From the human T2T-CHM13v2.0 reference genome, Homo sapiens, in the NCBI RefSeq assembly GCF_009914755.1, contig NC_060928.1: a stretch of DNA of 64,000 bases; one strand, written 5' to 3'. The notes below the pieces were generated by a model that worked only from the letters and a program-made list of their open reading frames with translations, did no database searches and had not been told where the DNA came from. Below, piece after piece: positions 39,768 through 52,249 of this stretch; position 1 is the stretch's first letter, and every line of letters starts with the position of its first letter. The position numbers and the translations under genes were made by a program.

Positions 39768-42700
39768 ATGATGAGACAGAATCTACAGAAACATCTGTCC
39801 TGAAAAGTCACCTGGTTAATGAAGTTCCTGTCCTAGCAAGTCCGGACTTGCTCTCTGAAGTTTCTGAGATGAAACAAGATTTGATCAAAATGACCGCCAT
39901 CTTGACCACAGATGTGTCTGATAAGGCAGGTTCTATTAAAGTGAAGGAGCTGGTGAAGGCTGCTGAGGAAGAGCCAGGAGAGCCTTTTGAAATCGTTGAA
40001 AGAGTTAAAGAGGACTTAGAGAAAGTGAATGAAATCCTGAGAAGTGGAACCTGCACAAGAGATGAAAGCAGTGTGCAGAGCTCTCGGTCTGAGAGAGGAT
40101 TAGTTGAAGAGGAATGGGTTATTGTCAGTGATGAGGAAATAGAAGAGGCTAGGCAAAAAGCACCTTTAGAAATCACTGAATATCCATGTGTAGAAGTTAG
40201 AATAGATAAAGAGATCAAAGGAAAAGTAGAGAAAGACTCAACTGGGCTAGTGAACTACCTTACTGATGATCTGAATACCTGTGTGCCTCTTCCCAAAGAG
40301 CAGCTGCAGACAGTTCAAGATAAGGCAGGGAAGAAATGTGAGGCTCTGGCTGTTGGCAGGAGCTCTGAAAAGGAAGGGAAAGACATACCCCCAGATGAGA
40401 CACAGAGTACACAGAAACAGCACAAACCAAGCTTGGGAATAAAGAAGCCAGTAAGAAGGAAATTAAAAGAAAAGCAGAAACAAAAAGAGGAAGGTTTACA
40501 AGCTAGTGCAGAGAAAGCTGAACTTAAAAAAGGTAGTTCAGAAGAGTCATTAGGTGAAGACCCAGGTTTAGCCCCTGAACCCCTTCCCACTGTCAAGGCC
40601 ACATCTCCTTTGATAGAAGAAACTCCCATTGGTTCCATAAAGGACAAAGTAAAGGCCCTTCAGAAGCGAGTGGAAGATGAACAGAAAGGTCGAAGCAAGT
40701 TGCCCATCAGAGTCAAAGGCAAGGAGGACGTGCCAAAAAAGACCACCCACAGGCCACATCCAGCTGCGTCACCCTCTCTGAAGTCAGAGAGACATGCGCC
40801 AGGGTCTCCCTCCCCTAAAACAGAAAGACACTCTACTCTTTCCTCTTCCGCAAAAACTGAAAGGCACCCTCCAGTATCACCATCAAGTAAAACTGAGAAA
40901 CACTCACCTGTGTCACCCTCTGCAAAAACGGAAAGACATTCACCTGCGTCATCATCGAGTAAAACTGAGAAACACTCACCTGTATCACCCTCGACAAAAA
41001 CTGAAAGGCACTCTCCTGTGTCATCTACAAAAACAGAAAGACACCCACCTGTTTCGCCTTCAGGCAAAACAGACAAACGTCCACCTGTATCGCCCTCCGG
41101 GAGGACAGAAAAACACCCGCCAGTATCGCCTGGGAGAACAGAAAAACGCTTGCCTGTTTCACCCTCCGGAAGAACGGACAAGCACCAACCTGTATCAACA
41201 GCTGGGAAAACTGAGAAGCACCTGCCTGTGTCACCTTCTGGCAAAACAGAAAAGCAACCACCTGTATCCCCCACTTCAAAAACAGAGAGGATTGAGGAAA
41301 CCATGTCTGTTCGGGAGCTGATGAAGGCTTTCCAGTCAGGTCAGGACCCTTCTAAACATAAAACTGGACTCTTTGAGCACAAATCAGCAAAACAAAAGCA
41401 GCCACAAGAGAAAGGTAAAGTTCGGGTAGAAAAAGAAAAGGGGCCGATACTAACCCAGAGAGAAGCTCAGAAAACAGAGAATCAGACAATCAAACGAGGC
41501 CAGAGACTCCCGGTAACGGGCACAGCAGAATCCAAAAGAGGAGTTCGTGTTTCCTCCATAGGAGTTAAGAAAGAAGATGCAGCTGGAGGAAAGGAGAAAG
41601 TTCTCAGCCACAAAATACCTGAACCTGTTCAGTCAGTGCCTGAAGAAGAAAGCCACAGAGAGAGCGAAGTGCCCAAAGAAAAGATGGCTGATGAGCAGGG
41701 AGACATGGATCTACAGATCAGCCCAGATAGGAAAACCTCCACTGACTTCTCTGAGGTCATTAAGCAAGAGTTGGAAGACAATGACAAATACCAACAATTC
41801 CGCCTGAGTGAGGAGACAGAAAAGGCACAGCTTCACTTAGACCAAGTACTCACTAGTCCTTTCAACACAACATTTCCACTCGACTACATGAAAGATGAGT
41901 TCCTTCCAGCTCTGTCTTTACAAAGCGGTGCTTTAGATGGCAGTTCTGAAAGCCTAAAGAATGAGGGGGTAGCCGGCTCTCCGTGTGGCAGCCTGATGGA
42001 GGGGACCCCTCAGATTAGTTCAGAAGAAAGCTATAAGCATGAAGGCCTAGCAGAGACCCCTGAGACGAGCCCAGAAAGCCTTTCTTTCTCACCAAAGAAA
42101 AGTGAGGAGCAAACTGGGGAAACAAAGGAAAGCACCAAGACAGAAACCACCACAGAAATTCGTTCAGAAAAAGAGCATCCCACGACCAAAGACATTACTG
42201 GTGGCTCTGAAGAGCGAGGTGCCACAGTCACTGAGGACTCAGAGACCTCTACTGAGAGTTTTCAGAAAGAGGCCACTCTAGGCTCTCCCAAAGACACAAG
42301 CCCTAAAAGACAAGATGATTGCACAGGCAGCTGTAGTGTAGCATTAGCTAAAGAGACACCTACAGGACTGACTGAGGAGGCAGCCTGTGATGAAGGTCAA
42401 CGTACCTTTGGTAGTTCAGCCCACAAGACACAAACTGATAGTGAGGTTCAAGAATCCACAGCCACCTCAGACGAGACAAAGGCCTTGCCGCTGCCTGAGG
42501 CTTCTGTAAAGACAGATACAGGAACTGAATCAAAACCTCAGGGAGTCATTAGAAGTCCCCAAGGGTTAGAACTTGCACTCCCTAGCCGAGATAGCGAAGT
42601 CCTCAGCGCTGTGGCTGATGACTCATTAGCAGTGAGCCACAAAGACTCTCTGGAAGCCAGCCCTGTGCTAGAAGATAACTCTTCACACAAAACCCCTGAT

Positions 42701-45700
42701 TCTCTGGAGCCAAGTCCTCTGAAAGAATCCCCTTGCCGTGACTCTCTGGAAAGCAGCCCTGTTGAACCAAAGATGAAGGCTGGAATTTTTCCAAGTCACT
42801 TTCCTCTTCCTGCAGCTGTTGCCAAAACAGAACTCTTGACGGAAGTGGCCTCTGTGCGGTCCCGGCTACTCCGAGACCCTGATGGCAGTGCTGAGGATGA
42901 CAGTCTTGAGCAGACATCGCTCATGGAGAGCTCAGGGAAGAGCCCCCTTTCTCCTGACACCCCCAGCTCTGAAGAAGTCAGCTATGAGGTTACACCCAAA
43001 ACCACAGATGTAAGTACACCAAAACCAGCTGTGATTCATGAATGTGCAGAGGAGGATGATTCAGAAAACGGGGAGAAAAAGAGGTTCACACCTGAAGAGG
43101 AGATGTTTAAAATGGTAACCAAAATCAAAATGTTTGATGAACTTGAACAAGAAGCAAAGCAGAAAAGGGACTACAAAAAAGAACCCAAACAAGAAGAATC
43201 TTCTTCATCTTCTGACCCAGATGCTGACTGTTCAGTAGATGTGGATGAACCAAAACATACAGGCAGTGGGGAGGATGAAAGTGGTGTCCCTGTGTTAGTA
43301 ACTTCGGAGAGCAGGAAGGTGTCTTCCTCCTCAGAAAGTGAACCTGAGTTGGCACAGCTTAAAAAAGGTGCTGACTCAGGCCTTTTACCAGAACCAGTGA
43401 TTCGAGTACAACCTCCTTCTCCACTTCCATCAAGCATGGACTCCAATTCCAGTCCAGAAGAAGTACAATTCCAGCCTGTCGTTTCCAAACAATATACTTT
43501 CAAGATGAATGAAGATACTCAGGAAGAGCCAGGCAAATCAGAAGAAGAAAAAGATTCTGAATCCCATTTAGCTGAAGACCGTCATGCTGTTTCCACTGAG
43601 GCTGAAGACAGGTCTTATGATAAGCTAAACAGAGACACTGATCAGCCAAAAATCTGTGATGGCCATGGATGTGAGGCCATGAGTCCTAGCAGCTCAGCTG
43701 CTCCTGTCTCTTCAGGTCTACAGAGTCCGACTGGTGATGATGTTGATGAACAGCCAGTCATCTATAAAGAATCATTAGCTCTCCAAGGCACTCATGAAAA
43801 AGACACAGAGGGAGAAGAGCTTGATGTTTCTAGAGCAGAATCTCCACAAGCAGATTGCCCCAGTGAAAGCTTTTCATCTTCATCCTCTTTGCCTCATTGT
43901 TTGGTATCTGAAGGAAAAGAATTAGATGAAGACATATCTGCCACATCTTCTATTCAAAAAACAGAGGTCACAAAAACTGATGAAACATTTGAGAACTTAC
44001 CAAAGGACTGCCCCTCTCAAGACTCATCCATTACTACTCAAACAGATAGATTTTCCATGGATGTTCCCGTGTCTGACCTAGCTGAGAATGATGAAATCTA
44101 TGATCCACAAATCACTAGCCCTTATGAAAATGTCCCTTCCCAATCTTTTTTCTCTAGTGAAGAAAGCAAAACCCAAACAGATGCAAATCACACCACAAGT
44201 TTTCACTCTTCTGAAGTGTATTCTGTTACCATCACATCCCCTGTTGAAGACGTTGTAGTGGCAAGCTCCTCTAGTGGAACTGTTTTAAGCAAAGAATCTA
44301 ATTTTGAGGGCCAGGACATAAAAATGGAATCCCAACAGGAAAGTACCTTGTGGGAAATGCAATCAGACAGTGTCTCTTCATCTTTCGAGCCTACTATGTC
44401 CGCTACAACAACAGTTGTTGGTGAACAAATAAGCAAAGTCATCATCACAAAAACTGATGTGGATTCTGATTCTTGGAGTGAAATTCGGGAAGACGATGAA
44501 GCCTTTGAGGCTCGTGTGAAAGAGGAAGAACAAAAGATATTTGGTTTGATGGTAGACAGACAATCACAGGGTACCACCCCTGACACCACTCCTGCTAGGA
44601 CCCCAACTGAAGAGGGGACCCCAACAAGTGAGCAAAACCCATTTCTGTTTCAGGAAGGAAAATTGTTTGAAATGACCCGAAGTGGTGCCATTGATATGAC
44701 CAAAAGGTCCTATGCAGATGAAAGTTTTCACTTTTTCCAAATTGGTCAAGAATCCAGGGAAGAGACTCTCTCTGAAGATGTGAAAGAAGGGGCTACTGGG
44801 GCTGATCCCCTACCGCTGGAGACATCAGCTGAATCACTAGCACTTTCAGAATCAAAAGAAACAGTGGATGATGAGGCAGACTTACTTCCAGATGACGTGA
44901 GTGAGGAAGTAGAGGAAATACCTGCTTCGGATGCTCAACTTAACTCCCAAATGGGGATTTCAGCCTCCACTGAAACACCTACAAAAGAAGCTGTTAGTGT
45001 AGGGACCAAGGACCTCCCCACCGTGCAAACGGGTGATATACCTCCTCTCTCTGGTGTAAAGCAGATATCCTGCCCCGACTCTTCTGAACCAGCTGTACAA
45101 GTCCAGTTAGATTTTTCCACACTCACCAGGTCTGTTTATTCAGATAGGGGTGATGATTCTCCCGATTCTTCCCCAGAAGAACAGAAATCAGTAATCGAGA
45201 TTCCTACTGCACCCATGGAGAATGTGCCTTTTACTGAAAGCAAATCCAAAATTCCTGTAAGGACTATGCCCACTTCCACCCCAGCACCTCCATCTGCAGA
45301 GTATGAGAGTTCAGTTTCTGAAGATTTTCTATCCAGTGTAGATGAGGAAAATAAGGCGGATGAAGCAAAACCAAAGTCCAAACTCCCTGTCAAAGTACCC
45401 CTCCAAAGAGTTGAACAGCAGCTCTCAGATCTAGACACCTCTGTCCAGAAGACAGTGGCTCCTCAGGGACAGGACATGGCAAGCATCGCACCAGATAATA
45501 GAAGCAAATCTGAATCTGATGCTAGTTCTTTGGATTCAAAGACCAAATGCCCAGTAAAAACCCGAAGTTACACTGAGACAGAAACAGAGAGCAGAGAGAG
45601 GGCCGAGGAACTTGAGTTAGAATCAGAAGAAGGGGCCACAAGACCAAAGATACTTACATCCCGATTGCCAGTTAAGAGCAGAAGCACTACATCTTCCTGC

Positions 45701-46022
45701 AGGGGGGGCACGAGCCCCACAAAAGAAAGTAAGGAGCATTTCTTTGACCTTTACAGAAATTCCATAGAATTCTTTGAGGAGATTAGTGATGAGGCTTCCA
45801 AATTAGTGGATAGGCTGACACAGTCAGAGAGGGAGCAGGAAATAGTTTCAGACGATGAAAGTAGTAGTGCCCTGGAAGTATCAGTAATTGAAAATCTGCC
45901 ACCTGTTGAGACCGAGCACTCAGTTCCTGAGGACATCTTTGACACAAGGCCCATTTGGGATGAGTCTATTGAGACTCTGATTGAACGCATCCCTGATGAA
46001 AATGGCCATGACCATGCTGAAG
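39768..46022 (+). CDS. ANK2: Giant neuronal cassette exon of 440-kDa ankyrin-B, 6,255 nt = 2,085 codons, phase 1-1
   Basis: 2118-aa ORF; catcaaag| acceptor, AAG|gtattt donor; length divisible by 3. Confidence 0.98.
40781..41290 (+). repeat. ANK2: Coding tandem repeat of 12-aa (36-nt) units, KTE(R/K)H(S/P)PVSPSx, about 14-15 copies
   Basis: Visible in the translation; two units are 11 aa. Confidence 0.95.
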
Positions 46023-47545
46023 GTATTTGCCAGCCACCGGGATTCCCTGTGCTACGCATGTCATAAAATTGATATAGTTTTTTTGTATGTTTGTTTTATT
46101 TGATGATTTGTGTCTCATTTTCTTTAAGCTTTCTGTAGTGGCTAATGTGTTTGTGTAAGCCCTTTGTGTTTTGTGCTTTCTCTGTATACTCTTGTCTAAG
46201 AAAACAATCTCAAGATTGAGTAATGAGAATGCTTATGGAAAACATAAACATAATAACCGGGCAACAGTGATCTTGCCTTTTTTAGCCTCTGCACGTAATA
46301 AGGCCATGCGAGCTTTGAGTTTTGTTGTTCTGAAGTCCCAAGCTTAGACTCAAATTAAGCACTTTTGCACATAAATATATTGTATTTTGTTTCATAGTAT
46401 GAAGACATTGCTTTTCTTCTTATCTTCGCATACTTTAAAATAATTTGTACTTACAATTTTGTAATCATTAGGAAGCCATTTGCTTGAGAAGATTTCACAT
46501 AACATGAAATTCTAATTGTTGTGGATCTGTTTTTGATTCAGAAAGGTTGGATTTCAGATACCATTGGTAAATACTTTAAGCAAACAAACCTAAGGTAAAA
46601 ATATGCTTTTCATTTATGTGGTAGATGAATGGAGAATGTACTCTCATTAGATGCAGCAGACAACAAAAACTCAAACTTTGCACAGTTTAAGTTGACTGTG
46701 AGGGGATGATGGCTCTTTGACTTATAAAAAAGGAAACCATAGATGGCTTTGAAAAGTAGCCTGTGTTCTTCCAATATCTCTACAATGAAGACTGTCATTC
46801 TTAAATTGAGGTTATACAAACTTTCCTATACCATGGTCTAAAATGCTGCCTATCAATCAGTGGGAGTTAAACATGAATGGGAAAATTATAGTTTATAGGA
46901 GTGAGTAGTATATAAGCTTAATAGCAAGAAGGCAGAAACTTTGCCCAAAAGACATATATGCATACAGATACAATATACACATAAAAATGCATATGCTTTT
47001 ATCCTCGTTTCTCCAAGGTCACCAGGACCAAATGTTGTTTCTGGCCACACTAATCAGGATGGCCTGATCAGCTCATGATCAACATCTCTTGTGAATCTCT
47101 GATGTGATTCCTTTCAGACATGACCTGGAAATGATCTATCCCTCCACAAGCAATAATAGGAGGTCCTAGCCAATTGCTCTACTTCTGCATCCCATTTATG
47201 ATTTCTCTGGTGTTTCATGAACAAGATGGTGGTCTTCTTGGTGGGCAGTATTCTCTCCAATAATTTAAAAGTCATAAGATTACTAGAAATCAGCAACTTA
47301 TATAATTATGTCTAGAACTAGTCTTGATTAAAGAGATATGGAAGCAGATGGTTTTCATGATTCATATTAGATCTATTCCCCATTCCACCCCAGAAATCAG
47401 ACACACAATATGATCTGAAATGTAGTATCTAGTTTGTGCTTTCAAATATTTGGAGAAGTGACTTCCTTTCTTTGAATGAATCAGTACTGTGGTTCCTCTC
47501 CTGTCATAGACAACCTTTGGCCATTCTGTTTTTGACCTTCTCCAG

Positions 47546-47620
47546 ATCCACAGGATGAGCAGGAACGGATCGAGGAAAGGCTGGCTTATATTGCTGATCA
47601 CCTTGGCTTCAGCTGGACAG
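47546..47620 (+). CDS. ANK2: Coding exon, death domain start ([24 protein letters not shown]), 75 nt, phase 1-1
   Basis: ccttctccag| acceptor, CAG|gtaaaa donor. Confidence 0.97.
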
Positions 47621-48569
47621 GTAAAAAGAATGTGACCCAGGTTTTCAACAAAACCTGACATAGATGCATCAGTCAGGTGTCATTCACAGCATAAAAGGTA
47701 CCCCCCACTTTCTTGAGAAAGAATACATGAAAAGAAGAATAAACTAAGAACTAGAAAACCTGGGCTCTGCATCAGCTAATGGTATAGCCCAGGGCAGGCC
47801 TTTTATCATCTCTGAAATTTAGAATAATAGAACTTTCTATTTGAAGATTTAGAGAATATACCAACATTCAGGAACCTCTGTTGGCAGTTGTGGATATCTA
47901 AATTTGGGGGAGATTATTATGTTTCAAAATCATTTTTAGATGTAATTTTTATCAAATTTAATGTGAGATTTAACCAGGGCTCCTTCTTTTAGATACCTTA
48001 TGTCAAAAATCTTCATAGTAAACAACACTAAAAATTGCTTTGGGTAAGTGTTAAAACACACATGAATGAGATATTTCACTAATATTTTTGAGAAATGAGA
48101 GTGTTTAAGTATAGAAATTTTATGTTAATAATTTATTAAGGAAAAGTGAATTCTAAAATCAATATACTTTATTTACACATTATGAATTGTATGTTTTAAA
48201 AACTATACATTTTCATCTACTTGTGACTTAACCTATTAAAGCAAGATTCTCAGTCTGGCTTTTTTTTTTTTTTTAATATCACTTGTGACTACTTCAAAGA
48301 GACAAACATTGTAAAATAATATTCTTTTCCTTTCCATTTCTTAGATTTGGTGATGAATAGGAGCCCATAATACTCATAAAGATAACTACTAATTTAGAGT
48401 ACATGACTGGAGAAGTGGCCACTTTCTCACTTGTAATAATTTTAAAGTAATTCTTACATACTGATCAGACTTAACTAATTCGGGGTTTTAGGGGAGAGAA
48501 TGATACCAAACTATCCGTGATTGACTTACTAGATAACATTCAGAATTATTTATTTTGGTTTTTAAATAT

Positions 48570-49130
48570 GTTTGTATCCATACCTACATAGTAAATGCAA
48601 TATGTATATATTTGGTAAAAATTCAAATCCTACCACCATATAGAATGACATAGAATGAAAAGTAAATATGACTCTCACACCTACTTCTATCTTCTAGCCG
48701 TGTGCCTCAGAAGTAACTGCTAATACTTTCTCATGCTTTTAGAAAAAATATACAGTGCCTATATTTATGCCTGTTATTTAAAAGTAAGAAAAGTTTTACT
48801 GAATAATATTCCTCATAAGTAGTCTGTTAACATATACACATGTATTTCATTCTTTTAAGTGGGTATTTAATTCCACTATATGGAGGTTCCATAATTTTAT
48901 TAATGGCTTTTGTTGATGGGCTTTAGGTGGTTTCCCAGTAACGGCAGTAAATATTCTTGTGCATTGGTATATTTTTGTGAGTATATCTATAGGGCATATT
49001 CTTAGAAGTAGAATTGCTGCGGAAAAGATACGTATATTTTTAATTTTGAAAGATATTGTCAAATTGCCTTCAAAAGAGGTCACCCTATTTACCCACACAC
49101 GCATACACACACCCCATAATGTATAAGCAT
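48570..49130 (-). mobile_element. Old L1 (L1ME-like) fragment, antisense
   Basis: Minus-strand peptide resembling degenerate L1 ORF2 end; ttcttagaagtagaattgctg motif; boundaries approximate. Confidence 0.6.
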
Positions 49131-49143
49131 CCATATGTAATGG

Positions 49144-49473
49144 TTTTTTGTTTGTTATTTTGTTTTTGTTTTGTTTTGTTTTACAGAGACAGGATCATGC
49201 TCTGCTGCCTAGGCCAGAGTGTAGTGGCACAATCATAGCTCACTGTAACCTCAAACTCCCAGGCTCAAGTGATCCTCCTGCCCCAGCCTCCTGAGTAGCT
49301 AGGACCTCAGGCAAACACTACCATGCCCAGCTAATTTTTTAAAATTATTTTTTGTAGAAATGAGGTTTTTCTATGTTGCTCAGGCTAGTCTTGAGCTTCT
49401 GGCCTCAAGCAATCCCTACCACCTCAGCCTCCTAAAGTTCTAGGATTACAGGCATGAGCTACTGGGCCCACCC
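49144..49473 (-). mobile_element. Alu (AluJ-like), antisense
   Basis: T-rich tail then diverged reverse Alu. Confidence 0.9.
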
Positions 49474-50060
49474 AATCCATATGGAAGGTTAATAGTAGAA
49501 TTCAAAGGAAAATTTTGTGTCTTCTTCCCTGGATCAATTAATGCTTCCTCGACCTCTTATTCAGTTGACATCAAATCAAAGAAAGGCATTTATCCAACCA
49601 CCATAATATAGCTACAACTAGTATTTATCAAAGTATCCAGAAACAGGATTTATAATACTCAAAACATCACCTATGTTAATTAAAGGGAGAAACTTTTTTT
49701 CTTTTGTTATCAGTCATTTATTTTCCATTATCTTGCTTAAAAGTATAAGCAAGTATTAATGATCTCATTTGCATTTTGGAATCAAATGGGCCTGAATTAT
49801 ACATATCTTATCATTGCTGCCTCACACTTACTATTTTCACTATGCAGTGATAAATTCTATACCCAGTTTTAGGGGAAAAAATCCATAATTAGTACTAGAA
49901 GAACAAAGGCATATAAGAGTCACTTCTAATATGTAGAAATTAAGGAACTCAAATACTCACCACAATATAAAGAACACATCATTTACAAAATCACAAAGCA
50001 AAATGTAGAGACTGAAACCTTGAAGTTAATGTGTTTACAAAGTAGTATTTTATCTTCTAG

Positions 50061-50192
50061 AATTAGCAAGAGAACTGGATTTCACTGAGGAGCAAATTCA
50101 TCAAATTCGAATTGAAAATCCCAACTCTCTTCAAGACCAGAGTCATGCACTGTTGAAGTACTGGCTAGAGAGGGATGGGAAACATGCTACAG
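50061..50192 (+). CDS. ANK2: Coding exon, death domain ([44 protein letters not shown]), 132 nt, phase 1-1
   Basis: tatcttctag| acceptor, CAG|gtaagt donor. Confidence 0.97.
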
Positions 50193-50305
50193 GTAAGTGG
50201 GGAACTATATGCATATTGGGCTAAAGTTGGACATGTCTTGCTCAACAACCGCATCTTGCAAATTCAGTAGAATAGTAAAGAAGCAAATGCCATTAATCTG
50301 CAGTA

Positions 50306-51083
50306 CAGTGGGTCCTTGAGTAATATCATTTTGTTCAGTGTCATTTCCTTATAACATTGATGAGAAAAAAGAATCAATTCCCAGCAAGGCCACTGTCTGT
50401 GTATAGTTTGTGTATCCTCCCCATGTCTGTGTAGCTTTTTCCCCAGTATTCCAGTTTCCTCCCACATCCCAAAGATGTGCACATCAGTTTCACTGGTGTT
50501 TCTACATTATCCCATTCTGAGTGAGTGTGGGTGTGTGTGAGTGCCCCCTGCAATGGGATGGCATCATCTCCCAGCTTGGTTCCCATGCAAAGTGCTCTGA
50601 GCTGCTGGGTTAAGTTCCAGCCACTTGAGACCCTGAACTGAATAAGGGGATTGGGAAAAGAATGAATGAATTGATACAAATTGTTGTCAAATGAAAATGT
50701 ATAGAGTCCATGGTAATTACACAAATGCATGAAATAAATGATGCCTTAGGAAAGTACTCAGCGAGCCCACCATATTTGTTATTGTTTGTTTATGAATGGC
50801 ATGGTGGGAGGAGGTGCTCCTTACAATTTTCACTTTGCAAAGATTTATTCCTTGATTGAACCCCACCACCACTATGACCGCCATCACGCATTGGTTCCTC
50901 AAAAATTGAATAATTATCTTACTTATGTTTATTAGTCTTTCTTAAATGTATGTGTAACTCACTTTCACTTCAGTGTTTAATATTAAAAGTGTTTGGGGTT
51001 TTATTTAGAAGTTTGGCAGTGTTTTTGTGACCAGAACATTGTTTTCTAAGAATCTATCAATGATGTTGAGTGAGAACTTAGTG
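50306..51083 (+). mobile_element. MER6-like Tc1/mariner-Tigger DNA transposon
   Basis: ta|cagtgggtccttgagtaat start; internal ccactgtctgtgtatagtttg...ccagtttcctcccacatcccaaagatgtg resembles the recalled MER6 consensus. Confidence 0.75.
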
Positions 51084-51366
51084 AACTACTGTAAGCAAAT
51101 GAGAACAAGCTACTGTCACTTCTGAAGTATGCATGTTGCTTAAAAACTCTTGCACGATATGCGTATGAACCGCATTAAATAACAGCCCTCACTTCTAACA
51201 GTAATGTTACTCAAACCCTAATATTTTTAAAATATTGATAAGTGGACACAATTGCTTTACTTAGCATTGTTTCACTGGTAGTGCATTACCTTCTGTTTCT
51301 GCTTCCTTTACTCATAAATAACATCCAGTCTACATTTATCATTCCTTGTCTTTACATTCTTCTAAG

Positions 51367-51559
51367 TAGAATTGTCAGATTTAGCAAATAAAAACAGAAG
51401 GGTGCCCAGTTAAATTTAAGTTTCAGGTGGTCAGCAAATACATTTTTAGCATAAGCATATCCCTTGTAATATTTGGGGCATATTTATACTAAAGAAGTAT
51501 TTGCTTTTTATCTGAAATTCAGGTATGGTGGGTGTCCTGTATGTTATCTGACAATTCTA
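51367..51559. mobile_element. MER53-like palindromic MITE
   Basis: Terminal inverted repeat tagaattgtcagat / atctgacaattcta; core cccagttaaatttaagtttcag. Confidence 0.75.
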
Positions 51560-51761
51560 CTTTTAGGGCTTTTGCCCATGCTGTACCACTTTTTTTATGC
51601 ATATCTCTTTTGTCTGTTGGCTTATTTTTACAAAGACTTTTAATTAGGCTTTGATTGTTTTTTTCTGTACAGATATCAAAAATTTAGTAAGGCAGTTGAG
51701 TGAAAGAGATTTTTAAGAGTACCTCTCAGACATAATAAATGCTGTTTCTCTAATGTGTCAG

Positions 51762-51905
51762 ATACCAACCTCGTTGAATGTCTCACCAAGATCAACCGAA
51801 TGGATATTGTTCATCTCATGGAGACCAACACAGAACCTCTCCAGGAGCGCATCAGTCATAGTTATGCAGAAATTGAACAGACCATTACACTGGATCATAG
51901 TGAAG
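51762..51905 (+). CDS. ANK2: Coding exon, death domain end ([21 protein letters not shown]...TITLDHSE), 144 nt, phase 1-1
   Basis: tgtgtcag| acceptor, AAG|gtcaaa donor. Confidence 0.96.
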
Positions 51906-51912
51906 GTCAAAC

Positions 51913-51919
51913 TGTGTGT

Positions 51920-51953
<34 letters not shown>

Positions 51954-51967
51954 TGTGTCTGTGTGTG
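51913..51967 (+). repeat. (TG)n microsatellite immediately after a splice donor
   Basis: Read directly. Confidence 0.97.
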
Positions 51968-52249
51968 GTTAATTGAGGCACTGGACCTACTGTCTTTTTT
52001 TTTTTTCAGAAGGTAGACCATGGCCTATGGTGATCATATGTTCTTTTCCTTGCTACCCTGAGGCTTTCCTCCCTGTTTTACACACCCTCCCACCTCCGCT
52101 TCATGCTCATTCTTTGTTATTTCACAGATAACAAAATGATCCATTGAATTCCTTTTCCTCAGTTCCATGGTGGCACTTCTTACACTTGTATTTTTTTATG
52201 CTACCTTAGCCACGTATTTCTAGGCTCACAACTAGGACTATATCACTAC

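Noticed and set aside
39808-46059. Many antisense and alternate-frame ORFs up to 214 aa over the giant exon
   Set aside because: Expected shadows of a long, biased and repetitive coding frame; no independent gene signals
46023-46066. Read-through of the giant-exon donor as an alternative C-terminus ([14 protein letters not shown])
   Set aside because: No nearby canonical AATAAA seen; a short read-through is expected by chance
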